Shown piece by piece: positions 12,906-24,400 of a stretch of 64,000 nt of DNA. The first letter of the stretch is position 1. Every line of letters begins with the position of its first letter. Under the pieces are notes generated by a model. It had not been told where the DNA came from. It made no database searches and saw nothing but the letters and a program-made list of their open reading frames with translations. A program made the position numbers and the translations under genes. Origin of the DNA: Squalus acanthias (lineage: Eukaryota); contig CM059432.1 in assembly GCA_030390025.1 (NCBI GenBank), positions 20,958,001 to 21,022,000 of the forward strand, in the 5' to 3' direction.

Positions 12906-13093
12906 GGGAGCAATTTTAACCAAAACCACCCGTCAGGAAACTGACGCGATTGGGTGCAATGCCGGTTTTACACCCCGGTTTATATTACTTTCCATTGAAG
13001 TCAATGGAGAGTAATATTGGGCAGGGTGTAAAACCAGCTTTCCAGCCAATCCCATAGGTTTCCCACCCAGTGAGTTAAATTAAAATGACCCCC
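12906..13093. mobile_element. Palindromic MITE (Harbinger-type)
   Basis: 188-bp foldback centred on CCATTGAAGTCAATGG. TIRs GGGAGCAATTTT / AAAATGACCCCC with a 3-bp TSD ATT. Confidence 0.8.
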
Positions 13094-13230
13094 ATTGGGT
13101 CCTCCAATCCCGAGTGGGTAAAAAACAGCTCCCCATAATGGGCTCAGATTCCAGCGAGTGCTGTTTTCTGACAAAGGGCCTATCGTGTCCCCAAGTCAAC
13201 TTATCCTCTACCCTCCCACCCACCCCACAA

Positions 13231-13248
13231 ACACACACACACACACAC
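13231..13248. repeat. (AC)n microsatellite
   Basis: Direct reading. Confidence 0.9.
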
Positions 13249-13416
13249 ATCAAAAACAACCTCTGCTGTAAAGAAAATGGTGGCTATCCCCAAGATTTTG
13301 TTACTAAACTCAATGTTCATACTAGAGGCTGCAGACTGGCCAGCGAATAAGGATATGATTCAGACACTTACGTGACACACTTATCTCCACACGCAACTGG
13401 CCAGTGTAGCGATACA

Positions 13417-13554
13417 AAAACAGAAAATGCTGGAAAGACTCGGCAGGCCCGAGTAGAGAGAGAAACAGAGTTAACGTTTCATGTCGATGACATTGCCAGC
13501 ATTTTGTGTTTTTATTTCAAGTTTCCAGCATCCGCAGTATTTTGCTTTTGTTTT
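13417..13554. mobile_element. Minimal Penelope-like insertion made of two inverted pseudo-LTR pieces
   Basis: AAAACAGAAAATGCTGG.. then the inverted ..CCAGCATTTTGTGTTTTT. 14-bp TSD AGTG(T/C)AGCGATACA at 13403-13416 and 13555-13568. Confidence 0.8.
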
Positions 13555-13856
13555 AGTGCAGCGATACACTCTGACTACTTCGCTCTGTCTTGGAAATATT
13601 TTGTACTTGTCTGTTAGGTAAAAGTTACTACAGAAGAAGACAAAGAGAATCTTTTCTAACTACAAAGAGAAACTACATCTAACGAAGATAAAGAGAATCT
13701 GCCAAGATGCGTGTCAAGTACCCCTTAATATATCCTAAATTCCAAGACAAATCCTTTCCATACAATTAATCTATCTGGGTAACACATTTGTTCGAAGCAT
13801 TCACCTCTTTCATGTGTCAGCCATTCCAACAGTTAGGCTAAAGGTTCATGAATTGA

Positions 13857-14300
13857 AGTTGGTAGCACTCTCGCCTCTGAGTCAGAAGGTCATGGGTTCA
13901 AGACCCACTCGAGAAACTTGAGCACAAAATCTGGGCTGATACTTCAGTGCAATACTGAGGGAGTGCGCCGCTGTCAGAGGTGTCGTCTTTTCGGATGAGA
14001 TGTTAAACCGAGGCGCTGTCTGCCCTCTCGAGTGGATGTAAAAGATCCCATGACACTATTTCGAAGAAGAGCAGGGAAGTTAACCCCGGTGTCATGGCCA
14101 ATATTTATCCCCAACCAATATCACAGTAAAAATCAGATTATCTGGTCATTATCGCATCGCTGTTTGTGGGATCTTGCTGTGCACAAATTGGCTGCAGCGT
14201 TTCCTACATTACAACAGTGACTACACTTCAAAAGTACTTCATTGGCTGTAAAGCGCTATGGGACGTCCTGAGGTCGTGAAAGGCGTTATTATAAATCCAA
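13857..14300 (+). mobile_element. DeuSINE whose tail is interrupted by a Harbinger element (tail resumes at 16064-16088)
   Basis: Reverse complement of 1233-1686. ATAAATCCAA|..|CAAGTCTTTCTTTC rejoins the tail. Confidence 0.85.
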
Positions 14301-16063
14301 GGCCGCGATTTTGCAGACCTCAGCGGGTCCATGGCGGGCGACTTTGGTGGCGGGTCCTGACCCCGCTGCTGGCTCCATCCCGGCCTCTGAAATGAATTTC
14401 CTAGATTGGGTTTGTTAAGCCCGCCAGCGCGTTTGCCGGCCAATTAGAGGAAGCGGGTCTGATGATGTCATTTGATGACGCGTCATCAGCCGGTTTCCTT
14501 AAAGGGACCATGGCCAACTTTATTTTGACAGTTGTGCTGTCAGTGTTCGACAGCATTTAGGTGCTGCAAACACTGACGAGCACTGCACAGAGGCAGAGGG
14601 CTGCACCCAGGCTCTCCCATGACTCCCTCCATATGCTTATGGAGGGAGTCACAGCACGCAGGGAGGACCTCTTCCCTTCCCATGGGCGGAAGAGACCTCC
14701 CCAGGAGATCAACACAGTCTGGTTTCTCATTGCACAGGAGAGCACAAGCAGGGATGTGGTCAGGAGGACCTGGGTGCAGTGCCGCAAACGTTTCAATGAT
14801 CTCAGTAGATCATGAAATGTTAGTACAAAGCCACACTCAACCTCATCCTGCAATGCCACTCATCACATCCGCATCACTCTGCCTTCCCTACCCTACCCCT
14901 GCACATCCTTACTTACACCAACTTACTTTGGACCTCCACCCATCCCTCTCTATCTATATTATCACATCCCCATCTCACTAGCCATCCCTCACACTCACAC
15001 TCATCCTAGTGCAATCATACCAACTAACAACACACAAGGGTAGGTACTTGGGTGTTTTATGCAATGTTCATGCAAAGCTTCTGTTAATGTGGTGTCAAAC
15101 ATTGAAATCTTTATTTTCAACACTTTGCGTTGTTGGACAGATCTGTGTGCACCTTTGGAAGTGGCTTAGTGAGTTGCAGTGAATGGTGGGATCGTAACGG
15201 CACTCCCTGCAATGGTGATGAATGTGAAAGGAATGGCTTGGGCATTGCAGGGATGCTTTATGGTGTTGCTGTGGGGTGGTGCCAACCTGGCGCATCATGT
15301 GGCAACCAGGGTGTACAGTGTCAGTGAAGTAAATCTGGCCATGATGAGGCCATCCCTGGCCTCCCGGACAGCAATATGGTCGGGTGCTGATGCCCTGTGT
15401 CCTGTGCAGCATCAGTTGATTGCGGAGAAGGTTGGTGTTGTTGCTGGTGCTGGTGCTGGTGTGCCTGGTGCTGCTGGTGTTGGGCTCATCGTGGTGGGAT
15501 TCTGAGGACCAAGGTGAGAGAGTATAAAGGGCACCCATACTGATGGAATAGATGGCAGGTGAAGTAGAGATGACAGAAGTGATCTGTCAATGGTGAGAGA
15601 GGTAACGAGGTCAGACTGGATGGAGACTTGTGTAAAGACTTGCAGCATGGTGAATCTGTTGTGGAAATGCAGTGAGGAAGAATTTGTGGCTTAGGGAAGA
15701 TATATCTGTAAGGTCGGAGCTTTTACTGTACATTTGAAGCTGTCAACTCAACAGCTGATTCAATGGCAATTTAACTCCCGCCTCAGCTTGACAGACATGG
15801 TCCATGACCAGCGTGGACCCTGTGGGCGAGCCAACAAATGCAGGAGGTGAGTTGAAATTCATTCTTAAGTGGCTCTAAACAAGCCACTAATTACCAGAAT
15901 TGGGTCCCCAACTGTGAACACGCAGCAGCTGACAGACCCGACATTGGGGAAAGGCGCGTGGCAGCGGGTTCACAGCGGTGTCCTGAGCTGCTGGGGAACA
16001 AAAATACTTTCCCACCCGACCCGCCACCGATCGCGCCCACTGACCCCCCGGAAAATCCAGCCC
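14301..16063 (+). mobile_element. Non-autonomous PIF/Harbinger DNA transposon, copy 1
   Basis: TIRs GGCCGCGATTTT / AAAATCCAGCCC, 3-bp TSD CAA, Myb/SANT remnant on the plus strand, and a second inverted copy at 39674-41426. Confidence 0.85.
14561..14815 (+). pseudogene. Harbinger Myb/SANT-like (trihelix, NAIF1-related) DNA-binding domain remnant
   Basis: RAAPRLS..SL..LMEGV..RREDLF..W..IA..RRTWVQCRKRFNDL fits the Myb/SANT-like pattern. No proper start codon, and it ends just after the domain. Confidence 0.8.
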
Positions 16064-16524
16064 CAAGTCTTTCTTTCTTTCTTTCTTTGAATATGTCAAA
16101 ATTAATGAGGCACTGACACCTAGGTATACCAAGTTCTACTTTTTATTCCCCTAACTTTCAATCTTCCTTTTACAAAAGGTCTTACACAGGACCACCTAAG
16201 GTATGGCATATTTATGTCCCATTAACAAGCTATCCCGGAGCTGAGTCCTCAATGGTAGCTGTCTTCTCACTGTGAAGGAAGGGCCTTTTTGAATAAACAT
16301 CTTCAGGATTTTATTTAGTTTCAAGTTTTGATTTCCCAGCATTCAATTTGACTACTCACCCCATAGTGTATGGCCATTTTTAAGTTAAAATGCTATTTTG
16401 ACAACACAACTCAAGCAATTTACAGGCCATTTTCCCTAAAGCAGCAAGTTGAAAATCTACTCCAGTGAATCTTACATTATATACACCTTTTAAAGAGGAA
16501 TTACTTTCTATGGTGAAGTTATTT

Positions 16525-16830
16525 TTTTCAATTTGTTCTTAGGATGTGTTCGACATTGGTGAGGCTGTATATATTGCCCATCCCTGATTCTTTTTGGTAG
16601 AAATAGATTTTAAAAGTGGTTTGCTCAGATATCCCGCAGGATATTAAGAGGCAATCACATTGGCACCAAAGGACATCTGTGAACCATTTGGGTTTTTACA
16701 TCAGTCTAGCAAGCTTCATTACAGCCCACAACCTCCCAGCTTTATCAAATGCAGTTTCATGATTTGCCGTGGCAGGATTTGAACTCATGATGGTTATGTT
16801 GCTCGTCCAGTACGATAAAAACAAGGCTAC
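16525..16830 (-). mobile_element. Degenerate tRNA-derived SINE (family of 27931-28352)
   Basis: Minus-strand GAGTTCAAATCC B box, GGTTCACAGATGTCCTTT core and GGATGGGCAATA tail. Confidence 0.55.
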
Positions 16831-17565
16831 CATGCCTTTGTTGGATTGTTTTATTACCACTTCTTCTGAAAAGTCTGAAGGTTTCACATTCACTCCCGTC
16901 AAAGCATTGTATTCTGACTTATTTCGGCCCTTTCAGTTATCACAAGATCTTCTTTCAGCCTATGGATCACTGAGTGGAGAACATAGTTCCTGTTCAAAAC
17001 CACTTTTCCTTCCCTTCTTGATGATAGTTTTGTTGCGTCTAAGGATAATTCATTACGGAAAGTGAACTGACAGCAACGTTATATTACTTGTAGTTTTCTG
17101 GAGGTTAGAATATGTTGGGGTAAATGCTCACCTGGAGCAGAGCTTTGCACATTGGGCATGTTAATGATGAAAATTTACTTCATTATCAGATGAGCTAAAA
17201 AAAGTGGAAATAGGGTGAAAAGAATAGAGAAGTAGGCAACAGGTTAGAAACATTCACAATTAGTCTAATAATGAGAGGCTTTAAGTGACGGTTATTTTCC
17301 GCCAACACCCTGCACTACTGAATAAATTAAACATATGGCAAGTGGTTTTGCACAAGATCTAAAAAGGTCTGTGCCAGAATGTGACAAGGGCTGAAATTGA
17401 ATGAGATTTTGACAGGTCTGGTAGAAGGGGTGTAATTCAGAGAAGTGATTTGAGTATTCACATCATATGATATTGACTTTCTTCAACATTATGGTATTTG
17501 TGATTTGCCTGCATTTAGTACTTTAATTTCTTTTTAGTTTTTCACCTTCAAACTTCTCCCCATCT

Positions 17566-18505
17566 CTGTTGAAGCCACTGATTCACACACTGGGGTATGG
17601 CTCCATGGGCACTGGCTGTTGAAGGCACTGACTGATCATGGGGTATGGCTCCATGGGCACTGGCTGTTGAAGACACTGACTGATCATGGGGTATGGCTCC
17701 ATGGGCACTGGCTGGTGAAGGTACTGATTGATCATGGGGTATGGCTCCATGGGCACTGGCTGTTGAAGGTACTGATTGATCATGGGGTATGGCTCCATGG
17801 GCACTGGCTGTTGAAGGTACTGATTGATCATGGGGTATGGCTCCATGGGCACTGGCTGTTGAAGGCACTGACTGATCATGGGGTATGGCTCCATGGGCAC
17901 TGGCTGTTGAAGGCACTGACTGATCATGGGGTATGGCTCCATGGACACTGGCTGTTGAAGGCACTGACTGATCATGGGGTATGGCTCCATGGGCACTGGC
18001 TGGTGAAGGTACTGATTGATCATGGGGTATGGCTCCATGGGCACTGGCTGTTGAAGGTACTGATTGATCATGGGGTATGGCTCCATGGGCACTGGCTGTT
18101 GAAGGTACTGATTGATCATGGGGTATGGCTCCATGGGCACTGGCTGTTGAAGGCACTGACTGATCATGGGGTATGGCTCCATGGGCACTGGCTGGTGAAG
18201 GTACTGATTGATCATGGGGTATGGCTCCATGGGCACTGGCTGTTGAAGGCACTGACTGATCATGGGGTATGGCTCCATGGGCACTGGCTGTTGAAGGCAC
18301 TGACTGATCATGGGGTATGGCTCCATGGGCACTGGCTGTTGAAGGTACTGATTGATCATGGGGTATGGCTCCATGGGCACTGGCTGTTGAAGACACTGAC
18401 TGATCATGGGGTATGGCTCCATGCTGTTGAAGGCACTGACACATACTGAGGTCTGGTTCCATGTGCTCACTCACACACTGGGCTATGGTTTCGTAGACAC
18501 TGACT
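17566..18505. repeat. 48-bp minisatellite, about 17-18 copies with degenerate flanks
   Basis: Unit CTGTTGAAGGCACTGACTGATCATGGGGTATGGCTCCATGGGCACTGG with a few recurring variants; gives 16-aa periodic ORFs. Confidence 0.97.
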
Positions 18506-18529
18506 ACTCTCCGTTATCCAAGCAGCCAT

Positions 18530-18830
18530 TTTTTAAATGTAAGGCCAGATAGTGAGTCTTACCAGGCTGTTTTAACATGGCGAGGCATCATAGCTACGTC
18601 CAATCCTATCCTCTTACCCTAGGTTCAGGCATGCACTTTCTGGGAGGAGTCACTGGATAGCAGTTAGCAGCAGGAACCCTCACGAACTTCATCAGAACCT
18701 TACCTGGGGAAAGTTGTACCTCTCCTACTGCTGCTCCTGCTAAGATCAGCTAACTCAGCAGAGACTGCAAAATGTACCCAGGATCATCTTAGTTTACATG
18801 ACTCGTCACAACAGGCAGTGCTTTGATTAT
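18530..18830 (-). mobile_element. Old SINE-like interspersed repeat (related pieces near 27700, 56480, 58055, 59870 and 62080)
   Basis: Shared motifs GAGATCAGCTAACTCAGCA, ATGCACTTT(T/C)C..G..GG.GTCACTGGATAG and CCAATCCT.TCCTC. Confidence 0.5.
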
Positions 18831-19519
18831 ATTTCAGCGCAGCAGTTCTTTATTATTACTTACTGACTGTTCCCAGGACAAAGTGATTAAATTAAAATAG
18901 ACATGCAGGTGTTTAAAAAAAGATCTGGAATATCAATAAAAAACAGAGATTTTGAATTAAATGGACAATTTTCTGAGTATGTACAGGTAGTCAATAATTT
19001 GCTTACTGGCAGCACATATAATAATTTTTGTGGGTGTATTTCCTTCTGGGAGGCAAGTTACCCACTGCCAACATGTACTCTGAACAATATGGAGTTACGT
19101 AACTCTATGTTTGTTGGGATGCTACCATGCTGGTGGTACACCTAATTCATTGATCCTAAAAGAGAAATTGATAAGAAAAGGATTTAACCAGGTCTGTGAA
19201 AGGATTAGTGATTTGACTGTTTTCATAAGATATTGGCTTTCTCCAAAATCATGGTATATGTGGCGCCATTCAGTACTTACATTTCCTTTAGATTTTTTCA
19301 CTTTCAATGTTCTCCCATTCTTTTTTCTCTCTCTGTGCTCAGGTGGACTTTAATGTAGAGCGGGAGTATCCAATAATAGCATTTATCTTGTTAATTTTTG
19401 ATTATGTACAGAGGTGTAGAGCATGCAGAGATAAAATGAGTTGGACATGTGTTTGTCTGGTTTAAGTGGAACCTAACCATTGATATGTTGACTGTGGAAA
19501 GAAAGACTATTGAGCATAG

Positions 19520-19960
19520 GATTCAGCCATAGGACATTAGGAACAGGAGTAGGCCATTTATGTCCTTGAGCCTGTTCTGCCATTCAATTAGTTCATGGCT
19601 GATCTGTACTTAACTCCATTTACCCGCCTTTGCTCCATATCCCTTGAAACCCTTACCTAACAAAAATATATTGATTTCAGTCTTGAAAATTTTAATTGAC
19701 CCAGAATCCATAGCCTTTGGGGAGAGAGTTCCAGATTACAACTATCCTTTGTATGAAAAAGTGCTTCCTGATTTCACTCCTGAATGGCCTAGCTCGTAAT
19801 TTTAAGATTATGCCCCTTGTTCTAGAAATAGTTTCTCTGTATCTATCCTATTGAATACCTTTATAATTTTTAGATCACCCCATAACCTTTTAAAGTCAAG
19901 GGGATACAAGCCAAGTTTAAGCAACCTGTCCTCATAAACCTTTAAGTCAAGGAACCTTTC
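19520..19960 (-). mobile_element. CR1 3' fragment
   Basis: GGAACAGGAGTAGGCCATT..GAGCCTGTTCTGCCATTCAAT tail, colinear with 38890-39340. Confidence 0.8.
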
Positions 19961-20397
19961 TTCACCTATTCTCGGTAGTGAACTGTGATACCCAAGTCCT
20001 CAGACTAAATTGGACAATTAAAATTTATATGTATGATTGCGGAAGTTTTAATTGAAATTCTAATCTTGATGAAGAGTAATTGATTAGTCAGACCATTTGG
20101 AGTATGTTTTAATCGTGACAAGTTAATTACTTCAATGGGGAGGTTTTTACTTTAGATCTTTAGAATTTTTGGAGAAATGTGAAAATTGTAAGTGTGAAGA
20201 AGGTGGATTGCAACAGGGGTAAAATCTAACAATTAAGTTAGAGGGCTACAAAATATAGTGTAGCAGGATAAGTATATGCAAGGTGTTGGCTGCAAGTTAG
20301 GAGTAAAGAAGTCTGCTGCTGAAAGATTACAGATTACCTCACTGAAAAAGCAGCTCACCGCAGAGGAGGGCTGATTAGTTTTAACATATATTAACCG

Positions 20398-20765
20398 CAA
20401 CAGCAACAACTTGCATTCATACAGCACCTTTAATGTAGAAAAACATCCCAGTTGCTTCACAGAATCATAAATCAGACAAAAACAAACACCGAGCCTAAGA
20501 AGGAGACATTAGGAGGGCCGACCAAATGCTTGGTCAAAGAGTTGGGTTTTAAGGATGGTCTTATAGGAGGAGGCAAAGAGATTTAGGGAGGGAATTTCTG
20601 CATGTAGGACAGAGATAGCTGAAGGCATGGCTGCCATTGCTGGGACAAAGGGAGTGGGAATGCATAAGAGACTAGTGTTGGGGCAGCACCAAGTTCTCGG
20701 AGGGTTGTATTGCTGGAGAAGGTTACAGAGATAGGGAGGGACGAGGCAATGAAGGGATTTAATAG
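20398..20765 (-). mobile_element. L2 3' end
   Basis: Reverse-complement match to 41950-42296, including the (TTG)n tail. Confidence 0.75.
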
Positions 20766-21222
20766 CAGTTAAATTTGTACCTGATCAAAGATGTTACTCA
20801 AGACATAAACAGGAAGCATATGATTAAACCCAGCTAAAATTGTGATATTGTAATGCTCAAACTGACTTGTGTTACATTACGTTGTACCCAGCTAATGCTG
20901 GGCTGTTGTAAAGCCAAGTTATTGTATCGCTTGTAACAATCATGTTGACAATTGATTGTACTTGACTATGTGGATGTAGTGAAATGGAATACTTGGGCAC
21001 AAAGTTCCTGTTTCAACAATAATTTTGAGAGCCTTCAAAACACAAATCTGTGATACGCACTCCCAAAAAGATAGATTCGTTAGTGGCAATGAAAAGATAT
21101 CAGCCAATCAGACTGTACCTGCAATAATGTTCTTTGAACACATCTCAAGCAACTAACAAGCCACTTGAATAATTCTCTCAAAATTTAATACAGCTGCAGA
21201 GAGCACAAGTGTTGCATAAAAT

Positions 21223-21455
21223 GGCTGAACAGAAAAAAGCATATATAAAGCATTCGAAGCTCTTGTGGAAGCTATCATAAAATATGGCAGTGACACATTG
21301 GTGGGCGAGGAACAGCCTCAAATAAGCATCTAATGAGACATGCGTGGGAGTACATCACCCAGATGGTGAACATAGTATCCAGGACTAAAAAGACCTAGGA
21401 GGAAGGAAGAAAATAATTTGCGCACGACTTAAAGAGAAACACCAAAATAAAGGCT
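21223..21455 (+). pseudogene. Highly decayed Myb/SANT-like domain (old Harbinger fossil)
   Basis: Manual translation gives AFEALVEAIIKY, a frameshift, then LMRHAWEYITQMVNIVSRTKKT*EEGRK*FAHDLKRNTKIK. Confidence 0.65.
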
Positions 21456-22302
21456 GGAAAACACTGTACATTAGAGCACAGGAACATATGCATTGAATAG
21501 AAATGTGTACTATTTATATAAATTTGTTTTTGAACATACAAGTTTGCATATAAACAAATGCTGTACTGACATAAATATTAAAAATGTAGCACTTACAAAG
21601 TATTCAAACTAAAAATAGCAGGGCCATACAAATGAGACTTCATTATAATGGAGAGAAAGTATTGTAGGAATGAATACTCCTGTCTCAATCTCCACTGGTC
21701 TTGCATTTCAAGTTAAAAATGGCATACAGTAGGAGGGCACAAAGTGCAACAAGAGCATCACAGAATAAATCACTGACAGTATTCACAACACTATAATTGA
21801 TCAGTTCAACAGAGAGAATTTGAAAGCGACAGGGTCTTTGGAGTTTGCTGGGCAGTGTTGACCTAGTGGTATGTACCATATTATTCTGATGTGCTATAAT
21901 TTGTACTGTCTGTCATGTAACCATGTCTACACACAGTGATTGTGCACAAGCTCATACGTATAGCATATAAAGACAATACCCAGATACGGATGTGTGCTGA
22001 TTTACTCCGATAGCTTGTGCTCTTTTCACAGAGCAAGATCAAAATTAACTTGCAGTAGAAATAGAAGAACCACAGTCAGACTTTCACAGCAAGCAGCAGC
22101 ACAGTTATAAAAACTGCAGGAAGTATAATGTGGTGATACTACATAATTTAGGGGATGTAGAATTCAGAGGTATTAGATTATGGAACCAACCAGATAGACT
22201 TCATTGTCTTTTCTGATCCTGTATTTTCCTATATTCCTAGACTGAGAGGGAATCACAAGATTAAGCATAGAGAACTGCATCTTATAATAGGGCACCAGTG
22301 GA

Positions 22303-22753
22303 TAGAAAGAAAGACTTGCATTTATATATCGCCTTTCATGACCTCAGAATGGCCCAAGGTGCTTTACAGCCAATGAAGTACTTTTGAAGTGTAGTCACTG
22401 TTGAGAAACGTAGCAGCTAATTTGCGCACAGCAAGCTCCCGCAAACAGCAATGAGATAATGACCAGATAATCTGTTTTAGCGATGTTGGTCGAGGGGTCA
22501 GTGTTGGCCAGGCGAACTCCCCTGCTCTTCTTCGAAATAGTGCCGTGGGATATTTTATATCCACCTGAGAGAGCAGACGGGGCTTTGGTTTAACATCTCA
22601 TCTGAAAGACGGCACCTCCGACAGTGCAGCACTCCCTCAGCACAGCACTGGAGCGTCAGCCTAGATTTTGTGTTGAAGTCTCTGGAGTGGGACTTGAACC
22701 CACAACCTTCTTAATCAAAGGTGAGAGCACTACCCACTGAGCCACGGCTGACA
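22303..22753 (-). mobile_element. DeuSINE (SacSINE1-like)
   Basis: Colinear with 1233-1686 over its full length. Confidence 0.85.
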
Positions 22754-24089
22754 GCTGTTTGGAAGTGGTTATAGCGAGGCCACTTTTGCAGGGTGGAGGG
22801 ACCCATGGTAAGTATGCTGCATGAGTTTTGTGAGGATGCAGACCTCCGTGGACCTGCTTTTGAAACTAAGGCTGGTTTAGCAGCAGGGCTGTATTGAGAA
22901 AAGGGAAAAGGTCCAGGCAACTATGAGGGAGGGATTGTGAAACCTCATACAAGCCCACTGTTCTACGTTGGGAAAGATCATGGCATTCTGAGAAGTTTCT
23001 CTGCAGTAGTGGCATGATTACAGTGGCATATCACCTGCCAATTGGCACTCATGTTAGCAGCAGTGCTGTGCGATTTCCTAGCCCTGCACAGTGGTAGTAG
23101 GTGCTTGTGAAAGCAAATAACAACTGCAATTCCAGCAAACGGCACCCCTACCACTGCTGTGTGTCCATCGGTGTTTGTGGCAAACGCAGGTCGGCACCTC
23201 CTGCAGCTTGCCAGCTGTCTACACAGCCAGTCACCATTACCACTTGCTCAACCGGGGGAACATGTAATAGCAGGGCACCAGAGGAAGCAACGTGCAGATG
23301 TTCACTGAGCACACGGAAACACTGAGCCGCAAGACACACTAAACACAAGCAGCAAGCAGTTGCACTGGAACAAACTGAAATGAATTCCCTTCGAATGTCC
23401 CGTGCAGTCTTTTATGATGCAGAAAATAAATCAGAAGTAAAGGTAATGGAACAGATACAACTCTGAAAAAGGATACATATGTAACGCAAATAGAATTTCT
23501 GTGATTATTAAAATAAGTCCAGTCATAGTGTCCAACTGCAGAGCTCATTGCAATCAGCGTATGTTCGCACTATCCCCCTGCCTGCAGTGGCTGGTCTTCG
23601 GTTGGGAGCAGCTCGAGACCTCCAGGTCCCCCACGCCTTGCAGCTGCTTCTCAGCCAGTTCCATGGTTGTTTTCATATCTTCACATTCTTATTGAGAATA
23701 ATGTACAATGTGGAGGGATCCGCAGGCTGATTAATAGTCTGACAGGCCGTGACGTGAACGCTCCTCCTATGGCCATAACCACCTTTATACCGGCTGGCGG
23801 GAGCTCTTTATGGATGATTGGGGTGGAGCGGAGAGGGGGTGGTGGTTACCCACACCCACCGGCAATGTTCCCTGTGAGCTGCGCTTTGTTCTGCGTGGCC
23901 TGTTTCTCTTACTGCGCGGTCCCTTTAAATTTCAGCGCAGGCCTGGTACTTACAATGGAAAAGCCGATGAGCGGCCTGCGCGGGTCCTTTCCCATTACTG
24001 CGCGGCGCATTGCCCACCAGATGTGAATATCCCGCTGGATAGCAACACAGGAATCAGAGCCAGAGTTATGCTCTCTATTTGCTACAACT

Positions 24090-24155
24090 GCCTAGAGAGG
24101 GATTCGAACCCTACACCACCTGACTCAGAGGTAGGACTGTTACCATGACGCCAAA
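24090..24155 (-). mobile_element. tRNA-like SINE head
   Basis: Minus strand TGGCGTCATGGTAAC..CTCTGAGTCAGG..GGTTCGAATCCC has A and B boxes but no convincing acceptor stem. Confidence 0.5.
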
Positions 24156-24231
24156 TGCACACTCCAATTCCATGGTGAGATGTCCGCTCAAGCCAAAAAA
24201 TTACACATGAAGCAGCATACTAATACAACCT

Positions 24232-24400
24232 AAGAGCATAAGAAATAGGAGCAGGAGTAGGCCATTTGGCCCCTCGAGCCTGCTCCGCCATTCAATAAGA
24301 TCATAGCTAATCTTCTACCTCATCTCCACTTTCCTGCACTATCCCCATATCTCTTGATTCCCTTAATATTCAAAAATCTATCGACCTCCGTCTTGAATAT
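24232..24400 (-). mobile_element. CR1 3' end (split by RTE; continues at 25830-26130)
   Basis: CR1 tail plus FKTEVDRFLNIKGIKRYG. Confidence 0.85.

Noticed and set aside
14561..14815. Domesticated NAIF1/MSANTD host gene
   Set aside because: Lies within TIR- and TSD-bounded multicopy DNA and is truncated
17548..18474. Three long ORFs (276-308 aa) with 16-aa repeats
   Set aside because: They arise because the 48-bp unit is a multiple of three and lacks stops in those frames; there is no other coding evidence
17566..18505. CRISPR-like appearance of the regular repeats
   Set aside because: The units are head-to-tail with no unique spacers, there are no cas genes, and the context is eukaryotic
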